IMG/VR virus record: IMGVR_UViG_3300024310_000022
Coordinates: 1-31,819 of that record
Reading direction: 5' to 3' (one strand)
Source: a virus
Taxonomy: Duplodnaviria > Caudoviricetes
DNA length: 31,819 nt
In this document: positions 16,504-24,754 of the stretch, piece after piece
Layout: every line of letters begins with the position of its first letter
Position numbering within the stretch: the first letter of the stretch is position 1
The notes under the pieces: model-generated
Told to the model about the DNA's origin: nothing
Seen by the model: the letters and a program-made list of their open reading frames with translations, nothing else
Databases searched by the model: none
Position numbers and translations under genes: made by a program

Positions 16504-18039
16504 ATGTCCACTGTCCCATTCACGCGCGCGCGCCAAGTTCCACTTCCCAACGATCTCCGAGAAAAACTGCCGACCAACATAGACGCCGAGCGATCAATCC
16601 TCGGCGGCATCCTGCTCGAGAACAAATCGATCACGGTTGCCCTGAAGGAACTAAAGGCCTCGGATTTCTCCGTTTCTGAAAACCAAATTATTTTTCAAAT
16701 GATGTCTTCGATCGCCGAAGAGCAAACCGCAAGGGAAGAGACGCTGGCGATCGACCTGGTGATCCTCACCGAACGTCTGCAGGCGATTTCGAAACTGGAA
16801 GCGGCTGGCGGAGCCGGTTACCTGGCGTCGCTGATCGACGGCATGCCGCGCGTCACCAACGTGGCGCACTACGCGAAGATCGTTCGCGAAAAATCCCAGC
16901 AGCGGCGGCTGATGCACCTGGCCTACAGTCTGCAGCTCAAGGCTGCGCAAGGCCGCGACGGCGAAGACGAAGGCATCGAGTCGATCATGAAAAGATCGAT
17001 TGAGGAGATCACCGCGATCCGGGAAGAGAAGGCCTCCACGGAAAACCCGGTGGTGGTGGTGCCATACAGTGAGCTGCTGACGCTGGAACTTCCGAAAGCG
17101 GATCCTTTGATCGAGCCGCTCGTGACGCGCGCTGGCACGTTTATGATTTTCTCCTGGGCCGGTTGGGGAAAAAGCTGGATCGCCACTCACCTCGCGTTTG
17201 GTGTTTCGAATGGTTTGGATGTTCTGTTCGGCGGGCATGAAGGACCTGGTGGACACTGGCCCGTCTATGGTCCGATGCGCACGCTGTATCTCTACGGCGA
17301 AATGCACGGAGAGAAAATCCGCGAGCGGTTGAAACTGATCGGCAAACACTTCAAGACGGAGCCGAATTTTTCCGACCTGGCCACTGTCTCCAAAGACTAT
17401 CAGCGGATCGCGCGCGCGCCGCGCTGCGCGCATGCCTGGCGGCCGAGCATCAAGGACGCGCGCGACCGGAGATTCATCGAAGAGTTTCTTTCAGGTGAGG
17501 GTTATCCGTTCCTGGTGCTCGACAACATCTCCACGCTGTGGAGCGCCGCGCAGGAAGATCAATCGCGCCAGGTCGCGGAGCTGAAAGAGTGGTTCATCGA
17601 TCTAAATTCGCGCGGGATCACGGTGTGCTTCCTCCAGCACGCCGGCAAGGGTGGAGATTTTCTCGGCGACTCCGCGCAGGTCCACATTCTGGATTCGTAC
17701 ATCAAGCTGGAACATCCCGGAGACTATCGGCGATCGCAAGGCCTGCGCGTGGTGCTGAGCGTGGAGAAGATCCGCCACGAGCTGCGCGATCCGCACTGGG
17801 GCGTGCCGTTCGAAGCGCAGCTCGTCACCTCGCCGGAAGGCGGCGCGGAGTGGTTGACGCGGCCGGCGATGAGCGCGATGAAGAAAACGGTTTTCGAAAT
17901 GTTCTCGAACGGCGCGCCACCAACCGAAGTGTTGCGCGCCTTCTCGATCCTGAAGCGGCCCACACTCTACCGCTGGCACCACGAGTGGAAAGAGAAGAAG
18001 TCCTCCGACACCACGTCCTCCGACGACGATGAACAATAG
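16504..18039 (+). CDS. Replicative helicase/initiator: DnaB N-terminal domain + RecA-type AAA_25 ATPase + C-terminal HTH, 511 aa
   Basis: LPTNIDAERSILGGILL...AAGGAGYLASL..NVAHYAKIVREKS (DnaB-N); Walker A variant SWAGWGKS; Walker B LVLDNISTL; QHAGKGG; C-terminal PTEV..LKRPTLYRW. Confidence 0.88.
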   Translation: MSTVPFTRARQVPLPNDLREKLPTNIDAERSILGGILLENKSITVALKELKASDFSVSENQIIFQMMSSIAEEQTAREETLAIDLVILTERLQAISKLEAAGGAGYLASLIDGMPRVTNVAHYAKIVREKSQQRRLMHLAYSLQLKAAQGRDGEDEGIESIMKRSIEEITAIREEKASTENPVVVVPYSELLTLELPKADPLIEPLVTRAGTFMIFSWAGWGKSWIATHLAFGVSNGLDVLFGGHEGPGGHWPVYGPMRTLYLYGEMHGEKIRERLKLIGKHFKTEPNFSDLATVSKDYQRIARAPRCAHAWRPSIKDARDRRFIEEFLSGEGYPFLVLDNISTLWSAAQEDQSRQVAELKEWFIDLNSRGITVCFLQHAGKGGDFLGDSAQVHILDSYIKLEHPGDYRRSQGLRVVLSVEKIRHELRDPHWGVPFEAQLVTSPEGGAEWLTRPAMSAMKKTVFEMFSNGAPPTEVLRAFSILKRPTLYRWHHEWKEKKSSDTTSSDDDEQ

Positions 18040-18178
18040 AAAAAAAACGGCGGTGTTCGATCTCTTCTCAACAAGTTTAACACCCGCCGAAGTGTGGAGA
18101 ATGGTGCCCGATCTAAAGCGGTCCACCGTCTACCGCTGGCATCTCCAGTGGAAAGAAACTCTCAAAACCACGAACTAA
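18029..18178 (+). CDS. 49-aa stand-alone HTH, paralog of the helicase C-terminal domain (not in the ORF track)
   Basis: MNNRKKTAVFDLFSTSLTPAEVWRMVPDLKRSTVYRWHLQWKETLKTTN vs helicase KKTVFEMFSNGAPPTEVLRAFSILKRPTLYRWHHEWKEK. Confidence 0.75.
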   Translation: MNNRKKTAVFDLFSTSLTPAEVWRMVPDLKRSTVYRWHLQWKETLKTTN

Positions 18179-18599
18179 GACAAAATAAGACAATTAAGTG
18201 AGACACGCCTAACCCATTGGTGTGCCTACACTTATCCAGTGTGGTGTCCGTTACACAAAAACCCTGAGACACGCCACAACAAACAGAAAAATAGGGAGTT
18301 AAAAACAATAAAGCCAGAAGTCTCACCCTAACCCCACTCCATCGAATTCTTTTTGCGTGACTTGCACTCAATCTTAGACCCTCTCACCCACACACCCTGA
18401 GACACAAAATAAGAAAAACTCTTTCTTTCTCTTAGAGTTAGGCCTTGATTTTAAGGTTTTTGGATGAGACAACCTCTCTTCTAAGTCATGTGTTTGTAAC
18501 AAAAGCGACCGTGAACGCGAGACAGAGGCGCGAGACAGTGCGAGACACCCTGTGCCCATGCGGCGATTTCGAATTTCCGAATCGAAAAAAGTTGTCTCA
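18176..18599. repeat. AT-rich putative replication origin with YGAGACA iteron-like repeats
   Basis: YGAGACA at 18199, 18265, 18398, 18465, 18518, 18531, 18541; inverted at 18593 and (GTCTCA) 18320; TAAGACA at 18176 and 18186; non-coding, directly after the helicase gene. Confidence 0.7.
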
Positions 18600-18614
18600 C
18601 TATCCAAAGTCCTA

Positions 18615-18643
18615 TTGACAAGGATTGAAATGTTTGAAATAGT
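18615..18643 (+). promoter_or_regulatory. Sigma70-type promoter giving a probably leaderless HTH mRNA
   Basis: Perfect TTGACA (18615), 17 bp spacer, AATAGT; ATG at 18650 with no RBS. Confidence 0.6.
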
Positions 18644-18649
18644 GCGCGT

Positions 18650-18937
18650 ATGGCCAAGGGCGTCAAGATCGGCGAGCAGCTCCGGACAAGCCTAAACGAC
18701 ATTCGGATGAAGTACCGGATGTCCTTTGAGCAGATCGGCCGGCTGACCGGGCTCTCCCACGCGACGATCCGCAAGGTGATCGTGAAGAAGGGAACGGCCG
18801 TCCGTGACGTCCACCGCTACGCTCTCAACGAGTTTGTGGAAAAGGTGAACTCAGGCGTGATCACATTCACCGAGGACCGTAAGGCAGTCGTCCACGAAGC
18901 GGTGGCGGTGCCAGAAGGGAACGGCGCCCGGTCATGA
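18650..18937 (+). CDS. Cro/XRE-like HTH transcription regulator, 95 aa
   Basis: LNDIRMKYRMSFEQIGRLTGLSHATIRKV helix-turn-helix pattern. Confidence 0.8.
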   Translation: MAKGVKIGEQLRTSLNDIRMKYRMSFEQIGRLTGLSHATIRKVIVKKGTAVRDVHRYALNEFVEKVNSGVITFTEDRKAVVHEAVAVPEGNGARS

Positions 18938-19374
18938 ACCTCGACCTAAAATCGGCCGCGATCGGTCTTGCCCTGGGTTTGGTGGTGTGCGGTGGCTGGT
19001 ACGCCGGATCCACGCGGCCGGTGATCCAGAGGCTGGTGGAAGAGAAGGCCCAGGCGACCGGCCGCGCCAATCAGCTCGACCAGGAAAAGACTCAGTACAA
19101 GACGGCCGCGGAACACTGGTTTGCCGTGTCCAATAGCCAAACCCAGCAGGTTGCGCCACAGGATCCTGCAGTGGCCATGCTCAACGCCGTCAAGCCTGGC
19201 TTAGGCACGATCGCCAGCCAGCTCGGAAAATCCTTAACACCCGCCCCGACCAGCGCCGCAGCCACGCCGAATGGATGCCCATCCGAAAGCCCGATCATGG
19301 CGCGCAACAATCAAGGGAAGTGGGAGTGTTTCAGCGTTTCGCAAGGTCCTGCCAATCGGGACGGTGCGCAATGA
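18934..19374 (+). CDS. Membrane-anchored coiled-coil protein, 146 aa
   Basis: N-terminal TM (AAIGLALGLVVCGGWY), coiled-coil-like segment, C-terminal Cys pair; ATGA coupling. Confidence 0.75.
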   Translation: MNLDLKSAAIGLALGLVVCGGWYAGSTRPVIQRLVEEKAQATGRANQLDQEKTQYKTAAEHWFAVSNSQTQQVAPQDPAVAMLNAVKPGLGTIASQLGKSLTPAPTSAAATPNGCPSESPIMARNNQGKWECFSVSQGPANRDGAQ

Positions 19375-19542
19375 CCTGCCTGATTTGCAAGTTAACATAT
19401 TATAGCTTGACGGGTGTATTTAAGTCGTTACCTGCCCGCTCCCTGTTTACTAGTTTAGTTCTATCCCCCGTACCATTCCAGTTACTTATATCCCGGCCTA
19501 ACGTACCCTCCGTTCGATCAATCCCCATCCCCCGGAGGCTTT

Positions 19543-19827
19543 ATGGATTTGTCCATCCAACAGATCGAGGACGCCGCTGCTGGCATGAAAGAAGATCTGC
19601 AGCGCAAAGCGAATCAAGGAATTTTGCGCAACGACCTGAATCGCGCTCTGACGGCTCTTGCCGGCATCGAGCACATCAACCAGTTCGTCCACCTGTTGGA
19701 GATCCGGTCGCGTTCGACGTTCGACCAGTACATGGCCACCAGGCGCGGCCGCGGACGGCCGGCTGGGCGCGGACGCCGTGGACGACGTCCACCAAAACAA
19801 TTTCCGTCGCAGACCCCTTCAGATTAA
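19543..19827 (+). CDS. Small helical protein with C-terminal AT-hook-like tail, 94 aa
   Basis: GGAGG RBS; RRGRGRPAGRGRRGRRPPK. Confidence 0.8.
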   Translation: MDLSIQQIEDAAAGMKEDLQRKANQGILRNDLNRALTALAGIEHINQFVHLLEIRSRSTFDQYMATRRGRGRPAGRGRRGRRPPKQFPSQTPSD

Positions 19828-19843
19828 CTGACTGCGATGGAGT

Positions 19844-19890
19844 AGGGGAGTGTCGGCCGCAACGATGAGCCGGCACTCCCCTTTTTTATT
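19844..19890 (+). terminator. Rho-independent terminator
   Basis: AGGGGAGTGTCGGC-loop-GCCGGCACTCCCC followed by TTTTTTATT. Confidence 0.85.
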
Positions 19891-19928
19891 TGCGATCGGA
19901 AAACAGAGCCTAGCCAGGAGGCGGATCG

Positions 19929-20420
19929 ATGCCAAGGAAATACATTCGTAAGACGGGGGAAGCCGCGCGCGCGTTGTCTCCGGACGTTCGCCGGCGCCTG
20001 AAAGAATTCCGCGCGCGTCACGCCGCGAGACTCGGGTTTTCTTCTCTTAGCATTCCCGCGCTGAAGACATCGATGAGCGCTCCCTTCACCTGGGAGACGT
20101 TGAAACGCGCGATGGAGGGGAAGAAGGTCCGCGCCGACAACTGTCAGTTCATCGAAGAGTTTCTCGATCGCCACAGCGCTCGACGGCCACAGCTTGCCCT
20201 GGGCCTTGATCGAAAGACTGTCTCCGCCGGCGAGAGGGAGTACGAAGAAGCCGCGCCGCAACCACGTCTCGATCGGGATCTCGTTAGCAGTCACGGTTAT
20301 CCACTTTCACAGCGGGCCTTAAGCCCCAGAACCAGCGCAACGGAAGAAGAAACCCAAGAGGCCTTGCGCGAACTCGACAGCGACGTGGTGGAAGAAATAA
20401 CGCACCGGGGATCCCGATGA
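19929..20420 (+). CDS. Hypothetical protein, possibly DNA-binding, 163 aa
   Basis: AGGAGG RBS; basic N-terminal helical region. Confidence 0.75.
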   Translation: MPRKYIRKTGEAARALSPDVRRRLKEFRARHAARLGFSSLSIPALKTSMSAPFTWETLKRAMEGKKVRADNCQFIEEFLDRHSARRPQLALGLDRKTVSAGEREYEEAAPQPRLDRDLVSSHGYPLSQRALSPRTSATEEETQEALRELDSDVVEEITHRGSR

Positions 20421-20632
20421 GTCCCACCAAAATCACCAACTGCACCTACTGCAAAAAGATCATCGTCGAGCTGCCGGTGCCGGACAGCGTGGTGACACTC
20501 TTCCCGGAATTCCACCGCGCCTATGTGAACGGCCTGCCGACCATCATTGCAGACGGCATCTGCGATCACTGCCGAGCGACAAAGTTTTCCGAATTTCCAA
20601 AGAAGGTGACCCATGATCTCGCCCAAAAATAA
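20417..20632 (+). CDS. Small zinc-ribbon protein, 71 aa
   Basis: CTYC...CDHC; ATGA coupling. Confidence 0.7.
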   Translation: MSPTKITNCTYCKKIIVELPVPDSVVTLFPEFHRAYVNGLPTIIADGICDHCRATKFSEFPKKVTHDLAQK

Positions 20633-20954
20633 ATTGTGGTTGCGAAAGCGGTTGCTGATGGCGCTGCGGTCGATTCTGTGGACCGCCGACGAATGGCTGC
20701 ACGCCGCGGAGTTGCGGCTGCGCGACGATCTTGCGTGCATTTCGAGTTTGCCCACTGTTGTAGGCAGCGCGGCAAAACGCGAGCCGGAAGAACTGGTGGG
20801 GACCCGCTCTCCGGCTCGTGTCACTTTCCAAGAGTGGGAGGCGCGCAAAAGCGGCGTGGACGTCTCCGCCCGTCCACGTCGCCGACGCGCGCACGGATCC
20901 GCCGCCGACTTCGACCGCGAACTCCGCGAACGCTTTTCCCGGAGCGCGTCATGA
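20613..20954 (+). CDS. Hypothetical protein, 113 aa
   Basis: AAGGTG RBS; tiles the operon. Confidence 0.6.
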   Translation: MISPKNKLWLRKRLLMALRSILWTADEWLHAAELRLRDDLACISSLPTVVGSAAKREPEELVGTRSPARVTFQEWEARKSGVDVSARPRRRRAHGSAADFDRELRERFSRSAS

Positions 20955-21148
20955 CGGAACTGTTTGCCAGAGTCGTTGCTATCCAGATCTGCCCGCGCGG
21001 GCGTTTCGTACTCCTCGACGTGGACTCGCTTCCGAAAGACCGTGTTGTGCTCGGCCGCTTTCATATTCCCAGCGAAACGCTGCAGCTTGGCGACCGCGTG
21101 AAGTTGTCCGCTCAGCTCTACGTGAAACCACCGGCGGTGCAGCCGTGA
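20951..21148 (+). CDS. Small beta-rich hypothetical protein, 65 aa
   Basis: ATG 20951 overlapping the upstream TGA, GGAG RBS; MTELFARVVAIQ. Confidence 0.65.
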   Translation: MTELFARVVAIQICPRGRFVLLDVDSLPKDRVVLGRFHIPSETLQLGDRVKLSAQLYVKPPAVQP

Positions 21149-21390
21149 CGCACTCGATCAACGGAAAGCCGGTGCCTCAGTGTGGCGACGAATGCTCTTG
21201 CCCATCACTGGCCGCCAGTCGCCAGGCGCCGCCCAATCCTCGTCTCAGCGAGCTGCAAATGTACGCCAACCTGGTGGACGCGGTTCACCTGATCGAGCGG
21301 ATGATCGAACGCGCCAAATACAACTGCACCGCCGAGGAAGCGGAACTGATCTGGCGTCTCCGCTTCATCACCAGGATCCAGCCGTCATGA
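21145..21390 (+). CDS. Hypothetical protein, 81 aa
   Basis: GTGA coupling; begins MTHSINGKPVPQCGDECSCP. Confidence 0.65.
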   Translation: MTHSINGKPVPQCGDECSCPSLAASRQAPPNPRLSELQMYANLVDAVHLIERMIERAKYNCTAEEAELIWRLRFITRIQPS

Positions 21391-21545
21391 TCGCCGCAGC
21401 CCGTGTACTCCTCTTTCCGCTTGCCGTCTTGGCGACATTTGCAACCGGCATGGCGCTGCACCTTCCGTTGTGGAGCACGTTGCTCTGCGGAATCGTCGAC
21501 GGCGCACTTGCGCGCGACATACGTGATCGGCTGGGAGACGAGTGA
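21387..21545 (+). CDS. Small membrane protein, 52 aa
   Basis: ATGA coupling; hydrophobic MIAAARVLLFPLAVLATFATGMALHLPLWSTLL. Confidence 0.6.
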   Translation: MIAAARVLLFPLAVLATFATGMALHLPLWSTLLCGIVDGALARDIRDRLGDE

Positions 21546-22513
21546 TGGGGAAAACTTCGATCGAGTGGACGGACGCGAGCTGGAATCCCATCGTGGGCTG
21601 CACGGAGATCTCTCCCGGCTGCGCGAACTGCTACGCCGCGCGCCTGGCCGCCACGCGGCTGCGCGAAACGCCGCAGTACAAAAATCTCGCGACCATGACT
21701 CTGGACAAGGGCGAGTTTGAATTGAAAGAGAGAAAACCTCGCTGGAATGGCGGCGTCCGGCTCCTGCTGGAACGCCTGGAAGAGCCGCTGCACTGGCGTA
21801 AGCCGCGGCGGATCTTCGTCTGCGACATGGGTGATCTCTTCCACGAGTCCGTGGACGTGGAGGCAATCGGCATGGTTGTCCAGACGATCGCAAAGTGTCC
21901 GCAGCACACGTTCCAAATTCTCACGAAGCGGGCGGCACGGATGAAAGAGATCTTCTCCGGCTACACCGAATACACCACGTTTTTCAAGGGTAAGCCGCTG
22001 CCAAACGTGTGGCTGGGCGTGAGCGTGGAAAACCAGCACTTCGCCGACGAGCGGATCCCGCTGCTGCTTTCAATGCCTGCAGCCGTGCGCTGGATCTCCG
22101 CCGAGCCGCTGCTCGGTCCAGTGGACATGCGAGTGTGGCTTAATCCGCCGCCGTATCCGATAGGGCCAGGGCACTGGCCAGGAATCGATTGGGTGGTGTG
22201 CGGCGGAGAGAGCGGCGCGAACGCACGGCCAATGCATCCGGATTGGGCGCGGTCGCTGCGCGATCAGTGCAAAGCCGCCGGCGTCCCGTTTTTCTTCAAA
22301 CAGTGGGGCGAGTGGGCGAGATGGGAGCCAAGTCTTGGTACAGACCACGTTCAGCACATGGCGGTGGATGGAAGGACAGGATCCTCACCTGGTTGGGTTG
22401 ACGGTTACAAAAACATCACGATCACTGAGCCGATCGTAAAAGCCGGCAAGAAAAAAGCCGGCCGTCTGCTCGACGGCCGCGAGTGGAATCAATTCCCCCA
22501 GGTGGCGCCGTGA
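21542..22513 (+). CDS. Phage Gp37/Gp68 (DUF5131) family protein, 323 aa
   Basis: TSIEWTDASWNPIVGCTEISPGCANCYA, IFVCDMGDLFH, HTFQILTKR, WLGVSVENQ, SAEPLLG, WVVCGGESG..ARPMHPDW, PFFFKQWGEW. Confidence 0.93.
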   Translation: MMGKTSIEWTDASWNPIVGCTEISPGCANCYAARLAATRLRETPQYKNLATMTLDKGEFELKERKPRWNGGVRLLLERLEEPLHWRKPRRIFVCDMGDLFHESVDVEAIGMVVQTIAKCPQHTFQILTKRAARMKEIFSGYTEYTTFFKGKPLPNVWLGVSVENQHFADERIPLLLSMPAAVRWISAEPLLGPVDMRVWLNPPPYPIGPGHWPGIDWVVCGGESGANARPMHPDWARSLRDQCKAAGVPFFFKQWGEWARWEPSLGTDHVQHMAVDGRTGSSPGWVDGYKNITITEPIVKAGKKKAGRLLDGREWNQFPQVAP

Positions 22514-22725
22514 TGGAAGAGGCGCGGTGCATCGGCTGCGGTTGCACGGAGAGTTCGCCGTGCCTTGTCCGATCCTCGCCGTTGGCGCTGGTGTCCACGG
22601 GCACCTGTTTCTGGACGTGGGTAAGCGATAACGAGAAATTCGGGCTCTGCAGCGCATGCGCGACGAAGCCGATCGAGCAACTAGCGCCAGGATTCCTGGC
22701 GGCCACAAGGGGGATGTCCACATGA
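22513..22725 (+). CDS. Small Cys-rich zinc-finger protein, 70 aa
   Basis: CIGCGCTESSPC...CFW...LCSAC. Confidence 0.7.
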   Translation: MEEARCIGCGCTESSPCLVRSSPLALVSTGTCFWTWVSDNEKFGLCSACATKPIEQLAPGFLAATRGMST

Positions 22726-22943
22726 CGCGCGAGGAATTCAATGCCGAGCAGCGATTGCGCCGCGCGGATCTGCGCGCGCGGGGTATCTGCCCGGACTGCG
22801 GAAAGGGCAAAGCCCACGTGGACGAAAAAAGGAAGCGCCACGTGTGTTGCGAAGATTGTCTGGAAGCGCGCCGCGTCCGCAGCCGCAACGGCTCGAAGCC
22901 GCCGCTGATCAAGCTGATCGAGAAAGCGGAGGCCACGCAATGA
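22722..22943 (+). CDS. Small zinc-finger protein, 73 aa
   Basis: GICPDCGK...CCEDCL; AAGGGGG RBS. Confidence 0.7.
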   Translation: MTREEFNAEQRLRRADLRARGICPDCGKGKAHVDEKRKRHVCCEDCLEARRVRSRNGSKPPLIKLIEKAEATQ

Positions 22944-23131
22944 TCGATCCGCAAAACACGGCCATCACCATTCACGGCGAGCTGGTGGATCTGATCAATA
23001 GCGGCGAAGCCGTCAACCTCGGCCTGCTCGTCTACGACGTCCAGGACGACGCGCTGAAATTCATCAGCTTTTGTTCCGAGTCGGGCGCGATGCTGGCCAA
23101 ATTCGGCATCGCAACGCAGGTGATCAAGTGA
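22940..23131 (+). CDS. Hypothetical protein, 63 aa
   Basis: GGAGG RBS, ATGA coupling; MIDPQNTAITIH. Confidence 0.65.
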   Translation: MIDPQNTAITIHGELVDLINSGEAVNLGLLVYDVQDDALKFISFCSESGAMLAKFGIATQVIK

Positions 23132-23367
23132 TGGGGATGCCAGCGCAGTTCAAGATTGTGGATTTCACCGAGCAGAGCGTCCTGATCCGCGACATCGGCC
23201 CGTGGGACCAGTGCTTCACCATCACCAACGACGCGGAGAGCGTCGTCGCACGGATACTGCCGATCCTTGGCCGGCTCTTTTATTTCGACAGCGAAGGCGA
23301 CCTGGCCGAGCTGCTGGTGAAGGATGGAAAATTCGCGGGCTTCGTCCGCGCGGAGCAAGTGCCGTGA
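23131..23367 (+). CDS. Hypothetical phage protein, about 78 aa
   Basis: TGATG coupling; TITNDAESVV..RLFYFDSEG. Confidence 0.65.
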   Translation: MGMPAQFKIVDFTEQSVLIRDIGPWDQCFTITNDAESVVARILPILGRLFYFDSEGDLAELLVKDGKFAGFVRAEQVP

Positions 23368-23630
23368 GCCACGAAACTCCAACGCATCACTGCCCCTGCT
23401 GCCGCCACCGCTTCGATCGCGCCACTGATGCTTCGAATCAAGAGAGGCGCCCTGAACCTGGCGACGTAACCGTGTGCTTTTACTGTCTGGAAGTTTTGGT
23501 TTTCACTGAGGCGTTGGTTGCTCGGCTCCCCACGCAGGAAGAGTTGACACAGATCCAGTCCAGCCCTTCGTGGAGCATCATCGAACACATCCGGCAGGCG
23601 AGACGGCACCAGATAGCGGAGATGAACTGA
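23364..23630 (+). CDS. Zinc-finger protein, 88 aa
   Basis: GTGA coupling; CPCC...PEPGDVTVCFYC. Confidence 0.7.
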   Translation: MSHETPTHHCPCCRHRFDRATDASNQERRPEPGDVTVCFYCLEVLVFTEALVARLPTQEELTQIQSSPSWSIIEHIRQARRHQIAEMN

Positions 23631-24133
23631 TGAAAGCGCTGACGCTTTACGAACCGTGGGCGGCGCTGGTGGCCGCCGGATGGAAAGAAGTGGAGACGCG
23701 CGACTGGTACACCAGCTATCGCGGGCCGCTGGCGATTCATGCGAGCGTGCACCCCGCGGACAAGGTGGAAACTTCGCGCCTCACGTTTCTGCTCGGCTCC
23801 AAGGGGCACGTGTTGCCGGAATTCCAGATGGGCCGCGTGGTGGCGGTGTGCCGGATGGCGGCGTGCGTGCCCACGGCGCTGGTTGGGATCCGCTCGCAGC
23901 AGATCAAGCCGCAATTTTCTCCGAAGCACGGCTGGGAAGTGGAGCTGCAGGTGGGAAATTACGATCGCGGACGCTGGGCGTGGATCCTCCGCGACGTGCA
24001 GCGGCTCGAAACACCCGTTTTTGTCCGCGGGCAGCGCAAACTGTGGGATTGGACGCCCCCGGAAGGCACCCTGCCTCCATCCGTTTCCACAGACCCCGCC
24101 ATATCCAGCCCCGCTTCGAAAGTGGGGGTCTGA
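23630..24133 (+). CDS. ASCH domain protein, 167 aa
   Basis: MKALTLYEPWAALVAAGWKEVETRDWYTSYRGPLAIHAS...RWAWIL...VRGQRKLW (GxKxxExR motif). Confidence 0.9.
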   Translation: MKALTLYEPWAALVAAGWKEVETRDWYTSYRGPLAIHASVHPADKVETSRLTFLLGSKGHVLPEFQMGRVVAVCRMAACVPTALVGIRSQQIKPQFSPKHGWEVELQVGNYDRGRWAWILRDVQRLETPVFVRGQRKLWDWTPPEGTLPPSVSTDPAISSPASKVGV

Positions 24134-24139
24134 GACGCC

Positions 24140-24535
24140 GTGGGAGCCATCCTCAAGACCTGGCCAGCCTTCATGACACCGAAAAAGGTGTTGGAAGTGT
24201 TCACGCACGATTGGGGCAATTTCTACTTCACGCTCGGCCGCGGCAAACCACAGCGGGGCGACGTGACGCAGATCTACCACACGCACCGAGGAATCATCCT
24301 CGGCCACTTCGACATCAAGACCATCGTGCGCAACCTGGGAGACAACTTGCCGGAGCTGACAGCGATCGACGGCACGGAAAGCGAGTGGCAGATCAAGCTG
24401 ATGAATTGGGTGGCTGTCTGCCCGCCGCCGTTTCACCCACTCAAAGAGAAGATCTTCCACGAAGGTTTCCGCGGCTGGCGCTATTTCGACCTGGAGACTC
24501 ACCGTGGCTCGATCGGCGCGAAGGTCCAGATCTAA
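24140..24535 (+). CDS. Hypothetical protein, possibly PUA/ASCH/EVE-like, 131 aa
   Basis: IYHTHRGIILGHF and C-terminal GFRGWRY pattern. Confidence 0.65.
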   Translation: MGAILKTWPAFMTPKKVLEVFTHDWGNFYFTLGRGKPQRGDVTQIYHTHRGIILGHFDIKTIVRNLGDNLPELTAIDGTESEWQIKLMNWVAVCPPPFHPLKEKIFHEGFRGWRYFDLETHRGSIGAKVQI

Positions 24536-24740
24536 ACGAAAAGAGAAGTGCGATTGTCCGCGCTGCCGTCGTGTGCCCACAGCAAATAAACGCTGGGGAT
24601 TCGATGAAGCGTTGGTGCCGAAAGTCCACTGTCTTTTCTGCAAGCGGCCGATCGGCAACGAACCGTACAGGCTCGACACCTGGTTAGCCCGCTTCGGCAA
24701 TATGTTTTTCATTCACAAGCGTTGTGATCGGAAAAAATAA
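24504..24740 (+). CDS. Possible small Cys-rich protein (start uncertain)
   Basis: CDCPRC...HCLFC...IHKRC fills the gap in the operon. Confidence 0.45.
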   Translation: MARSARRSRSKRKEKCDCPRCRRVPTANKRWGFDEALVPKVHCLFCKRPIGNEPYRLDTWLARFGNMFFIHKRCDRKK

Positions 24741-24754
24741 AACGGGGTGCTCGC

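Noticed and set aside
18176-18599. CRISPR array or ncRNA in the AT-rich gap
   Set aside because: Repeats are only 7-12 bp, irregularly spaced and in both orientations; no cas genes; no tRNA-like fold seen.
19275-19868. 197-aa ORF spanning the AT-rich gap
   Set aside because: Overlaps two better-supported genes and a promoter-like tract; composition not protein-like.
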